DNA from: Callorhinchus milii
Taxonomy: Eukaryota
Direction: 5' to 3'
Length of the DNA stretch: 64,000 bases
Assembly (NCBI RefSeq): GCF_018977255.1
Contig: NW_024704743.1
Coordinates: 28,088,001-28,152,000 of the forward strand
Part shown: one piece after another, positions 52,250 to 64,000 of the stretch
Position numbering within the stretch: position 1 is the stretch's first letter
How the letters are laid out: every line of letters starts with the position of its first letter
Position numbers and translations under genes: made by a program
The notes under the pieces: model-generated
Seen by the model: only the letters and a program-made list of their open reading frames with translations
Databases searched by the model: none
Told to the model about the DNA's origin: nothing

Positions 52250-54973
52250 TTGTTTTCATCCAGCGATGTGATAAAAATATGAAGAAATAAAACAAGAAAG
52301 CAGGTTACAAAGGACAAACAGGAATCATTAGATATTGACGTAGCTGACAGAAAGAAATTAATCTCTGGAGATCACAGGAGATGTACTGATGCTCTCATTC
52401 TTCCAGATTACCCAACCTACCATTTTCCCATTACAGTATCAAGCTGTTTCCTAAATGGGGTCAATGCCTCTACCACCATTCTTGGTAACATATTCAAGCT
52501 GTTCATTACCCTCTCTTTAAATAAATACTTCCTGATTTCTATCCTAAAATTACACTTAACCATTCTGAGCCTGTGTCATCTTGTACTGCAATCTTGACAT
52601 ATTTGAACGTAATAGGGTCTCTGTGTTTTGTTTACCCAGTGCCCATTGCTGATGTCAGGTCTGGGATTGGTGACAACAACAGCTTATACTTACATGGAGC
52701 CTTTCATGTAAAAGAACATCTCAAAGCGCAGAATGAGAAGAATCTGAAATGAAGCAAGTGTTGTTATATAGGCAAGTGCAGCATGTTCTCTGTGCCAACA
52801 AATAACTGGAGAAAATGACCCAAAAAGGGCATGTTAGTTCAGATTGTAGGCCCAGACTTGGAATTTTAATTTTGTGACTCATTTAGTTGCACTTTTTGCG
52901 ACTTTGCTGCTGAACTTATCTTGATGTGAAGAAAAAATGTATAAACATTGCTTCACTTTAAAGCTTGAACAAATTCGTTTTTTGAGCATACAAAGATCAA
53001 CCCAAATCACATCAAACTAGAAACAATCAACAAACTCTGCATTGGAAGGTAACATAGTTTTAAAGAGTTTAATTCTCTATTTTTATATATAAAACAATCC
53101 TCACAGAAAACTTGGTTCTGCAAGCTTGAGTTTCAGGCAGAATAAACAAGCTCTTTAATCCACATGTCGACAATGGCCAGAAGCCCATACTATTTGTATT
53201 CCTGAGATTCATAGTATGCATTCTGCTCCAGTAAGATTGCTTTGAAATTATTGATAAGCCTGAGATTAATAAACGCTCTTTTATTGATACCATCAGCAAA
53301 ATTGTGCCAAGGCTGTTTGATCTAGCACTTTATTCAAACTTCATGTATGGTCTTTGCAGGAAGAATTAAAAAACAGAAAACTGTATTTATTTAAGGGTTT
53401 CTGTGTTTTGTTTACCCAGTGCCCATTGCTGATGTCAGTTCTGGTTTACTGTCAACCAATTTACCCTATTATTTTATATATCCTGGTCTTCATAACATTC
53501 CTGTCTTTTCAAAACCATTTGCAATTATATGGTTTTATTCTGCCTCCAGGCAATAAACAAGAAACACGTCCTATTCATCAAGAACATCTCAGACCAAAAT
53601 GGTTGGAAAACTCCTTAAAGTGATTATTTTATAAGGAGCTAGGAATGGAACAATTTCCCACATCAAGACCAGGATAGAATCAGAGCAGGTACAACACACC
53701 TTAAAGCGCTTTCTATTTTGCTCAGTCTCTATTTTGTAACCACCCATTACAGCACCAATGTAACAACAACAACAAATTACCTTTGTATATCGCCTTTCGC
53801 ATCAGGAAGATATCCAAAGCACTGGAACCCTTCATTTCATACACCAACCTCTTCTGTGGCCTAAGTGAGTGAAATTGTCAATTTAGTTACATACTGTGGG
53901 CAATTTTATGCTCCAACACTTTATAGGACCCAAACAGCCAAATAGAAACATACATATCATGAGATCAAAATGCAACATGTGATATAATATCTGGTGAATT
54001 ATCACATCAAGAATACAGAGGATAAAAAGAGACCAGTGATAATTATTTTGATTGCTTTTCACTGTAATTTTTTTCAATGTTATAATTATCACAAATTATG
54101 TGATGCATTTTTCCCCCACAGGTTAGTATCATCAGAGTCTGATGGTGTTTTTGCTTCCTCTCTCCCAGTTGTCAACCCCCCCCTCCACCCTTTTTGAAGA
54201 CTGGGAGAGTACTGTATACTCCACCTTCTAGTCAATACCCTTCAATCTTCCTTTTCCCTGCTTGATGCCACTTTGTCTGTCAAGCCCTTTGAGACATTCA
54301 CCCACATGAATGAAGTTATACAAGTTAAAATATTCTAACTGGGATTGCAGGGATTTTTAAATGGTTTAAGAACGCAAACTATTTTTGTTTTAAAAAAACA
54401 TTCACAGTGGATTTAAACTGCAATCTGATCAATGTTCAACTGTTTCAGCATCTCCCCTCAAAATATTTCCTTGAAATAATACAGTTTCCTTATTTGGCTA
54501 AGAGCTTTGCCATAGCATTACTGAAATATGAAAGCGAGCAGCATGGGAGTCTCACTGTTACTGGTTATAAATTTCAGTCGTAAAAATGCAAGAGCCTTGG
54601 AGGAAGGCTGATGAAACCCATAAAAATGATCACAGGGCAGATGGGAACAGTCATTCATAGGATCTTTCATGTTCAAGCGTGTGATAGCATAAACATCAAA
54701 CATGTGTTTGCAACTAAGTCATCAGAAACATAGTCAGAAGTGAATTATATAGTAATCCACAAACATTTGGTACTCATATCAGGCATGTGGGCATGTAAGA
54801 TAGTAGTTACACAAGTATCTTGTTTGCTTACAGCTTGGCAGTTTAACCACATAGAATGAGAGACAGTGGAGGATTTGGAGTTGATCCCCAGCTGTGAAAC
54901 AGTGCAATGTTATAGGCAATAGAGCTATTAATGAAAGCGGAAATCTATGTCACATTTATCTAAAAACCTGTCA

Positions 54974-55308
54974 GGTAAGAGAGGCAATGTGGTAGGTAAG
55001 AGAAGCACTGGTGTAAAGTGAAAGAGGCAGTGGTGTAAGGAGAGAGAGGCACTGGTGTAAGGTGAGAGAGGCAGTGGTGTAAGGAGAGAGAGGCACTGGT
55101 GTAAGGTGAGAGAGGCACTGGTGTAAGGTGAGAGAGGCAGTGGTGTAAGGAGAGAGAGGCACTGGTGTAAGGTGAGAGAGGCACTGGTGTAAGGTGAGAG
55201 AGGCAGTGGTGTAAGGTGAGAGAGGCAGTGGTGTAATGTAAGAGAGGTTGTGGTATAAGATAAAACAGGCAGTGGTGTTAAGGTAAGAGAGGCAGTAGTG
55301 TAAGGTAA
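54974..55308 (+). repeat. 22-bp minisatellite, consensus GTAAGG(T/A)GAGAGAGGCA(C/G)TGGT, about 14-15 units with degenerate ends
   Basis: Units read at 55035, 55057, 55079, 55101, 55123, 55145, 55167, 55189 and 55211. Confidence 0.95.
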
Positions 55309-56263
55309 GCATTGCAGCATTCCTACCTCTTGTAGCATTGAGGTGGTATCTTTAATTGCGTACATAGTGCCTTTGGAGACACTTGAGCCATTTTGTTCTG
55401 GCCAAGGCCAGGTCGAGGTGTTCTACTGGTCTTGTGAGGGCTGGGAGGCCAGACATTCACTGGATCACCTGCTGATCGCAGGAATGCCTCTCGGAGATAC
55501 TCTGTGTAGGGCTGAAGTTGAATTTGGTCAATATTGTAAGAGTATAGCAATGCATATTACATTAAAAAACTAACATCACTTTAGGTGAAAAATAATCCAG
55601 TGATGGAACAACATTTGAAGCAGCTTAAATATTCAGTTCATGATCCAACCTTATCAAATTTAGAGCCTAATCCTCAACTGAAAAGATTACTATTGAAACT
55701 GGTTAAATTGAATAAAAAAAAGATAATAATAATAATAATAATCCCTGCATTTGATATAGCACTTCATCGCATCTTCGAGACATCTCAAAGCGCTTCACAG
55801 AATATACTGTAAAGTGGATTGACTGTGTATTTTGTGGGCGAAATAAAACCGAGTTGGTTGTCTAATAGTTACTGTAGGTCCAACCTCAGACTAACTCAAG
55901 GGATAAACCCCAAACAGTCAATTGCTGAATGGTCTGTGGGTCAACATGCTCTAATCACATTGCTATCCAACCACTGCACACTAGAAAGCTGACTCTCTGA
56001 ACAAGGTGGTTTGTGAGACTGCTACAGCCAGGAACAGGTGGAAGTGCTTACAATAGAGCAGTCTGTTCCCAGCATTTAATCAAGAGTACAAATGAAAATT
56101 TAATTTTTGTACATGTGAGTTATTTGGGGATCAAATGTAAAATGGGCCGCATTTTTAAATCATTTTGGATTCAACAATATGATTAAAGGTGACTTTGGAT
56201 GAACTTAAAAAAATGAATATTTGGATAAAACTGGAATTGGGTGATTCATGCAAGCAAGATGAA

Positions 56264-56588
56264 AGGCTCCGGTCTGCTTCACGTCCCTCGCTTCGCCCGC
56301 CCCACCATTGGCAGTCGGGCCTTCAGCCACTCTGCCCCCACCCTCTGGAACTCCATCCTGCGGCAGGCCCTCTGCCTTGCCCCCTCCATTGCCTCCTTCA
56401 AGACCAGTCTCAAGACCCTCCTCTTCGATAGGGAGCCAGTGGAGCCTGGTAGAACAGGTGTGATTGGGGTACGGAGTGTAGTATGGGTGAGTATGTGGGT
56501 GGCAGAGTTTGGGATTAGCTGGATCCTGTGCATGGTGGAGCTGCTAGGGTGACCAGCAAAGAGAGCATGTGAAAAGTCGAGTCGAGAG
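56264..56588. mobile_element. Two L2 fragments fused in opposite orientation (+ 56264-56428, - 56429-56588)
   Basis: Plus part encodes GSGLLHVPRFARPTIGSRAFS; minus part encodes HRIQLIPNSATHILT...TPITPVL, like the 4975-5729 subfamily. Confidence 0.8.
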
Positions 56589-57472
56589 GCTTCCTGCCAT
56601 AAAGAAGTTAAGGAATATTGAAATTAGTCAGTTTGCAATGCCTCAGCCATCAATGACTCTTTTATTAAAAAGGTTGCTATTTGTAGACATCGGGGTCAAA
56701 ATTCGACATGTGATGCGTTAATTATTACCAGTGATAAAATCTCTTTATTGATAAAGTCAACAAAGCCATTCCAAAACAAGACCGGTCATGATCCTTCCCA
56801 AGAGATGTGCTAATATCGCTGTTGATGGCCTCAATGAAAATGCTAACAAAGCCATGTCTGTATTCCTATCAATTACACAGCAGCTCTTCACTCTGTTTTT
56901 ACCCCTATTTTATTAATTTATAACAAAATATACAACAATAATAATAATCCTTGTATTACGTCATTGAGGCATCTCAAAGCACTTCCAAGATTTACTGTAG
57001 TGTATTTCTATATAGGCAAACGTTGCAACCAATTTGCACACAACAATGTCTGCAAACTGCCAGGAAGTGGAAGACCAATTTTATTTGGGGGTTTGAGGGC
57101 AAGGACACCAGGAGAAACTCCATTCACTTTTCGAGTAGTGCCATGAAATCTTTAACATCCACCTGAACAGAAAGATGAGACCTGAGTACACCTCAGCTGA
57201 AGGACAGACATTCATCCTATTAGTGTGAGTTGGATCCAAACCCGGTCTTCTGAGCAAAAATGTAGTGTTCTTACCCGCTGCCGAACTATCTCACTGCTTC
57301 CTACAAGGGAGTTTTAAAAATGAGGTAATTGTTTTCCTGTATATAAAAATCATATCTGATTTATGGAATAGGTGAACACCACACGTGCATAATTTGTGGG
57401 TTGGGTTATTAATATGCAAAGACATGTGAACAGAGGAAATTACAGATGGCGATAATTATGTAACCACCAAGG

Positions 57473-57780
57473 AATAATAATAATCCTTGCATTTGATATA
57501 GCACTTTTCACGTCTTCAAGACGTCTCAAAGCCCTTCACAGAATATACTTTAAACTGAATTGACTGTATATTTTGTGGGTGAAACGCAGCAGCCAATTGT
57601 GCACAGCAGTGTCCCACAAACAGTCATGGATTGAGTAACCTAATTATTATTGGTTGTGTTTCTTGAGGGATTATTATCAGGCGTATGGAGTAAGGAAACT
57701 TGCCCAAGGTTTCGGCCTGATGGGAATCAAACCCAGGTCTCTCGCTTGCGAGGCAAGTGCTTTATCTACTGAGCTACCGG
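57473..57780 (-). mobile_element. tRNA-derived SINE, internally deleted subfamily
   Basis: Family tail, body and head; junction gagggattattatcaggcgtatggagtaagg. Confidence 0.88.
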
Positions 57781-60700
57781 AATTAAATGGATTGTAGGTG
57801 ACTCCAAACTTTTCTATTCATTGTTTTTTAGGCTTTTTATTTTCGGTCCTGTGGGCAGAATTTAAGTGCTTTATCATAACATTTGTTATAGAAAAGAGTG
57901 CACAACTGCTTCAGATCAATCTTAGAGGAAACAGGGAACAAAAGTTCTTTGGGACAGAATACCTCTGGTGTTGCTAAGGCTGAGGAGGAAGGGTTGAAGT
58001 GAAATCTCTCTGGGAATGGATGGAGGCCAGATCTGAAGAGTGCGGACAGATGAATATTGAAAAGTTTTATTTCATTGCCTTTGACAATCAGAGTAGCTCT
58101 AGAATATTGTCCCCAAAGAGGTGGAATAGGTGAGTGAAGGCCCACAATAGAGTAGGTTGTACATGGTTAGTGAATACACTAGTTCCACTATGCTCTAAAT
58201 AATTACTTGTTTTGTACAGATATAAGATGTAACGATCGACATGCAGTGATATTATCCTATCAGGTATGTTTGTGTTCACATGTCTGTGAATATGTGTCTG
58301 TAAAATTTATTGTGTTACAACAATAACTGAGCTAGGCTGACACCCTGTGCAGTCAGTTCTGAACCCAATGGCAGTTTCTTCAAGAAGCTGAGGCAATTTT
58401 CCAGCTGTTTTCTGACTTTCTGATAAATGCCTCCACTTGATTGTATGTGTGTGGGGGAGAGAGGTCCAAGCTTCTGCCACAAATAGAGAGCTAAGGTCAG
58501 TCTGTGACAATATCCTAAAGGTCTCAGTATCCTCAGGGTCTGGTCTCAAAAAATATTTGTGTGTCATTTCTGCCTGAAATTCAATACTCCAAAATGGTTA
58601 TCAGATTTTAATTCTAAATTGTTTCAGTTGCTGTACAGTTTATGTAAGTCTATGAATGTAAGTTAGATACCCTGAAGGAACAATGATTTTGTCAATGGTC
58701 ATGAAATCACCATTCAGACACTCGGATACTGAGGAACATCAAGTGCTAATGTAATTTCTTTGCCTGGAATTTGGAGAGTGCACTTCATGGCCTTTCATCA
58801 CACTTTGAGTGAAGTAGCAAGTCAGTGCACCAATGGTTGGGACATTAGATCTCATGACATTGGGTCGATTACCTTCAATAATCAAAAACATTCTTCAATA
58901 ACTGGGTCTTAACAAGTTGTTTATCATTTCTTCTACAGTGTCAAAACCATTATTAAAGTCAATGTGTTCTACTTATCTGATCACAGCCATTCGGGATATT
59001 GTTTTGTATAAATAAGGTGCTTCTCATCATGAATTATGCAAAGTATTAGATCTTGCTTCCAAACTACTGCCACAGCACATCAGAAAGCACCAGTGATGTA
59101 TGGTTTTCGTAGTAGAGAGTTGAAGCGTGTCTTTAATCTGATAGAGTGAGAAGAAAAGAGAGCCTTTTACAGTATGCTATTGGATTGAAGGCCAACCATT
59201 GTCCAAAGCATGTTCTGATTGATATTATTTTCCTGAAAAAAGTCAAAAATTCAATTGTAAGCTAATACCAATGTAACATAGGCAACGTAATGGAGGATTG
59301 GAGATTTACTTAATTCATGTCTAAATATTACATTTAAATGTTGGATGCCTGGAATGGGAATGAACTATTTTCCCCCCAGCTCCTCGTCATGCTCCATCAT
59401 TGTTAAATGCTCCAAGTCGCTACCGCATGTGAAGAATGCTATATAAATGCAAGTTGTTGTTGTTGTTGAACTAAGCATCAATGGGAATTTCATGATACAG
59501 GCAACCTTGTAAATTTCCCTACACGTCACCTTGTAGCCAGAGAAATAATAGTAATAATCCTTACATTTGATCTAGCGCCTTATTGCGTCGTTCAGATGTC
59601 TCAAAGCGCTTCACAGAATATATTGTAAAGTGGATTGACGGTATGTTTTGTGGGAGAAACGTGGAAGCCAATTACTCACAACAGTGTCCTGCTAACAGTC
59701 GTAGATTGAGTGACCAAAATGTTTTTTTTGAGGGATTGTTCCCCCAGAAAGTGATCCTCCGATTAAGTAACTGTCTTTTTACAGATTCAACAAAGTTATT
59801 GAACATGATTTGAATTATTAACAAGACTTCATCTGTTTTAACTCTTATGGCTACCAGAACATATTTAAGATATTATTTGCACTTATTACCAGGAATTCCA
59901 TGTACTGCCTTCCATTTTATTGTCCCTTTGTGAATATTACAATATTTTCCTAAAGTTTCAATTTCTTTCACTAGGTTCACGTGTAAAGTATTATCTGATA
60001 ATTCCACATTTTATTGTCAATTCCCAGAAACGATGACTCTTTTACACAACATCTTTGTTCCAATTGCCTCCAGCTGCACCCTTTGGTTAAGTCAGACAAC
60101 ATACATATAATTTCTATAAAATTGCAATGTTAATCACTACAAAACACACATGTTTACTTTATAGTGGTTTTGTTAAAGAGCAAGATGAGAGGCAAATAAG
60201 CAGTGTGTTCTGCCTTTGCATTAGAGGTGCGTTCAGTCATCACATTAGACAGTGAGCTCCCAAACAAGGATTTTCAAGCATTATCATCATATTTATGTTG
60301 CACTCAGGTCATGATACAAAGCCACTTTAAGGTCAAGCCTGGAATCAATTGAATTCTATGGGCATTGCGCCCAGTCCTAGGAAAAAAAACAATGTTGTTC
60401 TCGCCTGGTGTTCCACCTTTTCCACCACATCACTTGCAACCAAAGTGACCTAATAATAATGAAAAAGTGCCTGACTTCAAAGAACTGAAACATTCAGGAA
60501 CTGACAAATAAAAAGCTTAAATACAAAAAGAACGTCGGCATATTGTTAATCATTTTTGTGCGAGCATCAGGCTAACTTTGGTTCAGCCTCACTAAAAAGC
60601 ATATTGCTTGTACAAAAAAATGCTACACAGACCACATGTTGATGGGTAATTATTGAAGCACTTCAGGAAGTAACTGTAGTTTTGGTTCTAGTAATTTTCC

Positions 60701-60965
60701 ATTCCTATACTATAATAAATTCTGAAGACATTTACTGAAAAGCAACTTTTTTGGTTGAGGCAATTGGAACTTATTTTCAGTGGAAATATGCATGTCCTGG
60801 GATGTAACATTTAATTCAGATTAAAAACCTGCTATTATTGCCCCGTTGAACAATAAGCGTTATTCTTTCCAGAGAGGATGTGTACAGCCATTCTCTGTAT
60901 CTGGAGTCACAACTGGACAAAAAAGAAAGTCCCTGGTTGCGAGAAAGAGAGAAAGAAATTGAGCA

Positions 60966-61260
60966 AGCAACGACAACAACAACATTTCATTTGTATAGCG
61001 CCATTCATGTCAGGAGGACGTCCCAAGGCCCTAGACAATCAAACTGGGGGTCGGGATCGGGGTGGGTGGAGGGCAGGGGGGGAAGGAGTGTGATCGAAGG
61101 CACGGTCGAAGAGGAAGGTCTTGAGACAGGTCTTGAAGGTGGCAAGGGAGGAGGCGAGGTGGAGGGACTGCGGGATGGAGTACCAGAGGGTGGGGACAGA
61201 GTGGCTGAAGGCCTGCCCGCCAATGGTGGAGTGGGCGAAGCGGGGGAAGTAAAGCAGGTT
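60966..61260 (-). mobile_element. L2 3' fragment
   Basis: (CAA)n-like tail, reverse complement of the L2 stem-loop (atagcgccattcatgtcaggaggacgtcccaagg) and decayed ORF2 end. Confidence 0.85.
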
Positions 61261-61369
61261 CTAATATACACATTGTATTTACTAGAAATTAATAAACAGC
61301 CCATGGTGGATTAATTAACCCTTGGACACATCTGGCGCTTGCGTGAGAAATAAATAAAAGTTGTTTCTT

Positions 61370-61600
61370 TCATAGATTCATAGATTCATAGAATGTTACG
61401 GCACAGAAGGAGGCCATTCGTCCCGTCGAGTCTGTGCCGGCTCTTTAACAGAGCAAGTCACTTTCACTAACCCCAATCACCAGCTTTCTCCCCATAACCC
61501 TGCAAACCCGTCTTCCCCAGATACCTATCCAGTTCTCTCTTAAAAACTGTTATCGAATCGGACTTCACTACCCTTTCAGGCAAATCATTCCAAATTTGAA
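61370..61600 (-). mobile_element. CR1 3' terminus with tandem tail
   Basis: (TTCATAGA)x3 tail followed by atgttacggcacagaaggaggccattcgtcccgtcgagtctgtgccggctc; a related end lies at about 45325-45510. Confidence 0.75.
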
Positions 61601-62325
61601 ACAACTCAAAACAACTTCTTGATGGCAGTGAGTTTGGCTTTCTTGAATTGTTTTTCTCTCAGTTAGGATTTGCAAATTTGGCTACGAATAGCTCAAAAAG
61701 TTTTCATTAAAGGATGACAATCCACTTATATATGTTGAATCAAGGAATGTAACGGTTTAACCAGAAGGCCCCGATACTACATTCTGAGGGCAATTAGGGA
61801 CATGAATCTCAGGACAGAGATATAAATAACTAATGCAACGCTTCGAAGCATTCTTTAATGTAACTGTGATCTGGAGACTTTAAAAGTATTTCAGGCTTTC
61901 TATCAATTGCATTCGATAACAGCAATGTCACTGTTTGACTCCAGTCATAAAATATTGCAACAGCGGAAAAGAATAAAGACTCTTCAAAAGCCATATGTGG
62001 TATCATAAAAGTCTGACTTGAGGCTGCCATATCTGGACTTCAAACAGCATGGAGATAAGAACAAAAGATCTTTATTTCTGCATAGGTTATCAAGAGCAAA
62101 GGCCTATGTGGGCCAATTGATGTAAACATAAAATAGCTGACTTAAGAGACTGTTGTGTTTTATTTACACAGCTTGTCTTCTTACATGTCTACAAGAGATA
62201 TAAGTAAACACATACAGCTGTTTTCTTTTTCTGTGAAGCTACAGAGATGTAATTGACCGATGTTAACTCTTGTATTGATTTTAACACTGCTCGTAAAGAC
62301 TAAAGTATTTAATCTTTCATAATCA

Positions 62326-62350
62326 TACACACACACACACACACACACAC
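62326..62350 (+). repeat. (CA)n microsatellite
   Basis: Direct reading of the sequence. Confidence 0.95.
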
Positions 62351-64000
62351 AGACATTCAGAATCCTTCATCCATAAAGTGTGGTAATGAGTTGATTATAA
62401 TACTGTATATTAGTTGTTTTGGCACCAGAACAGGCGCTTAGAAAGAGCAAACAGAAAATAGAGGAAGAAATTGGATAAAATGGAAGGCAAGGCATTTATT
62501 GTTTAGAAAAACATACCAGAGAGGAACCATTTGGTATTAACAGAAACAAAAGTATCTTCAACATTGCAGCCTCTGTTGAAACTTTCTAAGTGCCTCATAC
62601 CAGCCACTACACAAATCATCCTCTGTGATAGCAACTGCCACTTATAGCCATCATAGTTATTCCCAACATGAACTTTTGTCCTTCTATATTGCTGGTTTCT
62701 CCCAGAAGTCATTGAAGTAATTATAACAATAACATAAAAAACTTACATATAAGCGCCTTTATATAGCACCCCTCATGCAGGGTTGCGTCCCAGAATACTT
62801 ATTATCAGGGCACTAAGTGTCAACCATGCCCAATCCCACACAAAATGATACTGATACACTAGTAATGAAGAATTTCCAAATGCACTGCCTGAAATATCAC
62901 CTAATCTTTTCCTTTAAGATCATTATGTCTTAAAATTTAAGATCCTGCTGAATTGTGGAAGCTAGTTGCTGCATTTCTTAAAAAGAAACGACTTCCAAAT
63001 TAAGACTCAGTTACTCAATTTTGTTCAATTCTGCTGAAATCTTAGATTGTAAGGCAAGATGTCTTACAGGCTAAATCTAGGTGGAAATTCAAACCAAGAG
63101 TTATTAAAGTTAGTTCTGGTCTGTTTTATTTCTTACCAGGATTATCTGAGTCACGTAATGAGCCAACTCCTTAGGCACAGGCAAGAATGTCATCCTGAGC
63201 TGCAGGAACTTCTCAAGAGGAATTTCTGTCAGGTCAACAGAAAATACTTCAAATTAGACCCAAGTGTTGAGCAAAAGCAGTTTTTACACAGATTTTGTGG
63301 CACATCCCTTACTTCAAGTCTGGTGGCCCCCAACGCACACACATTGAAATATTCACATCTACCAGAATGTCTGTCAATAGAGGTCAATAGTTTAACCTGT
63401 TCATTCTGTCACACTCCTTTCTGCCTGAAATGCTTTTGAGAGCGATAGCAGACAACATAAATGGTTACTGAATATCGTCGTCAAGACCTTGTTACTGCAC
63501 AATGCATAATTCCTGCAGAGTTCAGATACAATGAGGTGCATAAACCATTCTTCCTAGTACGATTGAAAGAATATTTAAAACCTTAAAAGGAGACTTCTTT
63601 TGCTTGGGTTAAGGAGTTACATGTTAGTATATTTAGAAAAATGCTACACAATCATTGTTGCAATGTTTTTGGTCAGTCGAGTACTGTTTTTGGTATCTGA
63701 CATGTCTGGAAACATCATGATGCTTAAGAGTTTCCAAATCAAACTGCTGAGATTTCTACATATATGTATGGTTTCCATTTGTTTGGTAAGGAGTATGTAC
63801 TCTCTCCCTAGTGGAATGCACCAATTTACCTTATCCCAAAGAGGTGCACAATGTAAAGCGGAGTGCACAGTGGAGACCTGTAGTGCATTGGTGCTGGCAA
63901 AAAGGGGGCAAGGCAGAGGGATTGAGGCTGAGGGATACAGATTTTCAGGGGTTAGTGGTTGAAAGCCCAGCCATTGATGGTAGACTGAAGCAAACGAGGG

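Noticed and set aside
54974..55308. Regular repeats resembling a CRISPR array, and repetitive ORFs 54928-55365, 54960-55184 and 54971-55312
   Set aside because: Contiguous 22-bp units with no unique spacers, no cas genes and a vertebrate context; the ORFs are by-products of the repeat.
59880..59930. Minus-strand peptide IKWKAVHGIPGNK faintly like an RNase H motif
   Set aside because: Short, followed by a stop, with no other RNase H or RT motifs nearby; probably chance.
41700..64000. Expected neighbour TPGS2 (tail-to-tail with FHOD3 in human)
   Set aside because: I could not find any recognisable TPGS2 exon on the minus strand by eye; not annotated. tBLASTn would settle it.

Overview
Eukaryotic (vertebrate) genomic DNA, AT-rich and repeat-rich. 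The repeat families (tRNA-headed Deu-domain SINEs, L2 LINEs with (TTG)n tails, shark-type CR1 3' ends) suggest a cartilaginous fish; this is inference. The window holds the 3' part of the formin gene FHOD3 on the + strand as 10 coding exons (8677-41680) with canonical GT-AG boundaries and consistent phases, 1458 nt or 485 aa plus stop. They encode most of the FH2 domain, the 24-nt T(D/E)5XE micro-exon and the C-terminal DAD/basic region. The 5' exons lie upstream of the window. The rest is intron, 3' UTR and intergenic sequence filled with SINE, L2 and CR1 fragments, a palindromic MITE-like family and a 22-bp minisatellite. No prokaryotic systems, CRISPR arrays or true tRNA/rRNA genes are seen, and I found no convincing wholly new system. 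The most notable observations are the micro-exon with its splicing-motif cluster, a non-TE 50-bp inverted repeat bracketing two FH2 exons, an L2 inserted into an older element's (TTG)n tail with a 15-bp target duplication, three short direct 'doublets' about 0.8-1 kb apart, and an unclassified element bounded by about 215-bp diverged direct repeats. Repeat boundaries were read by eye and are approximate.
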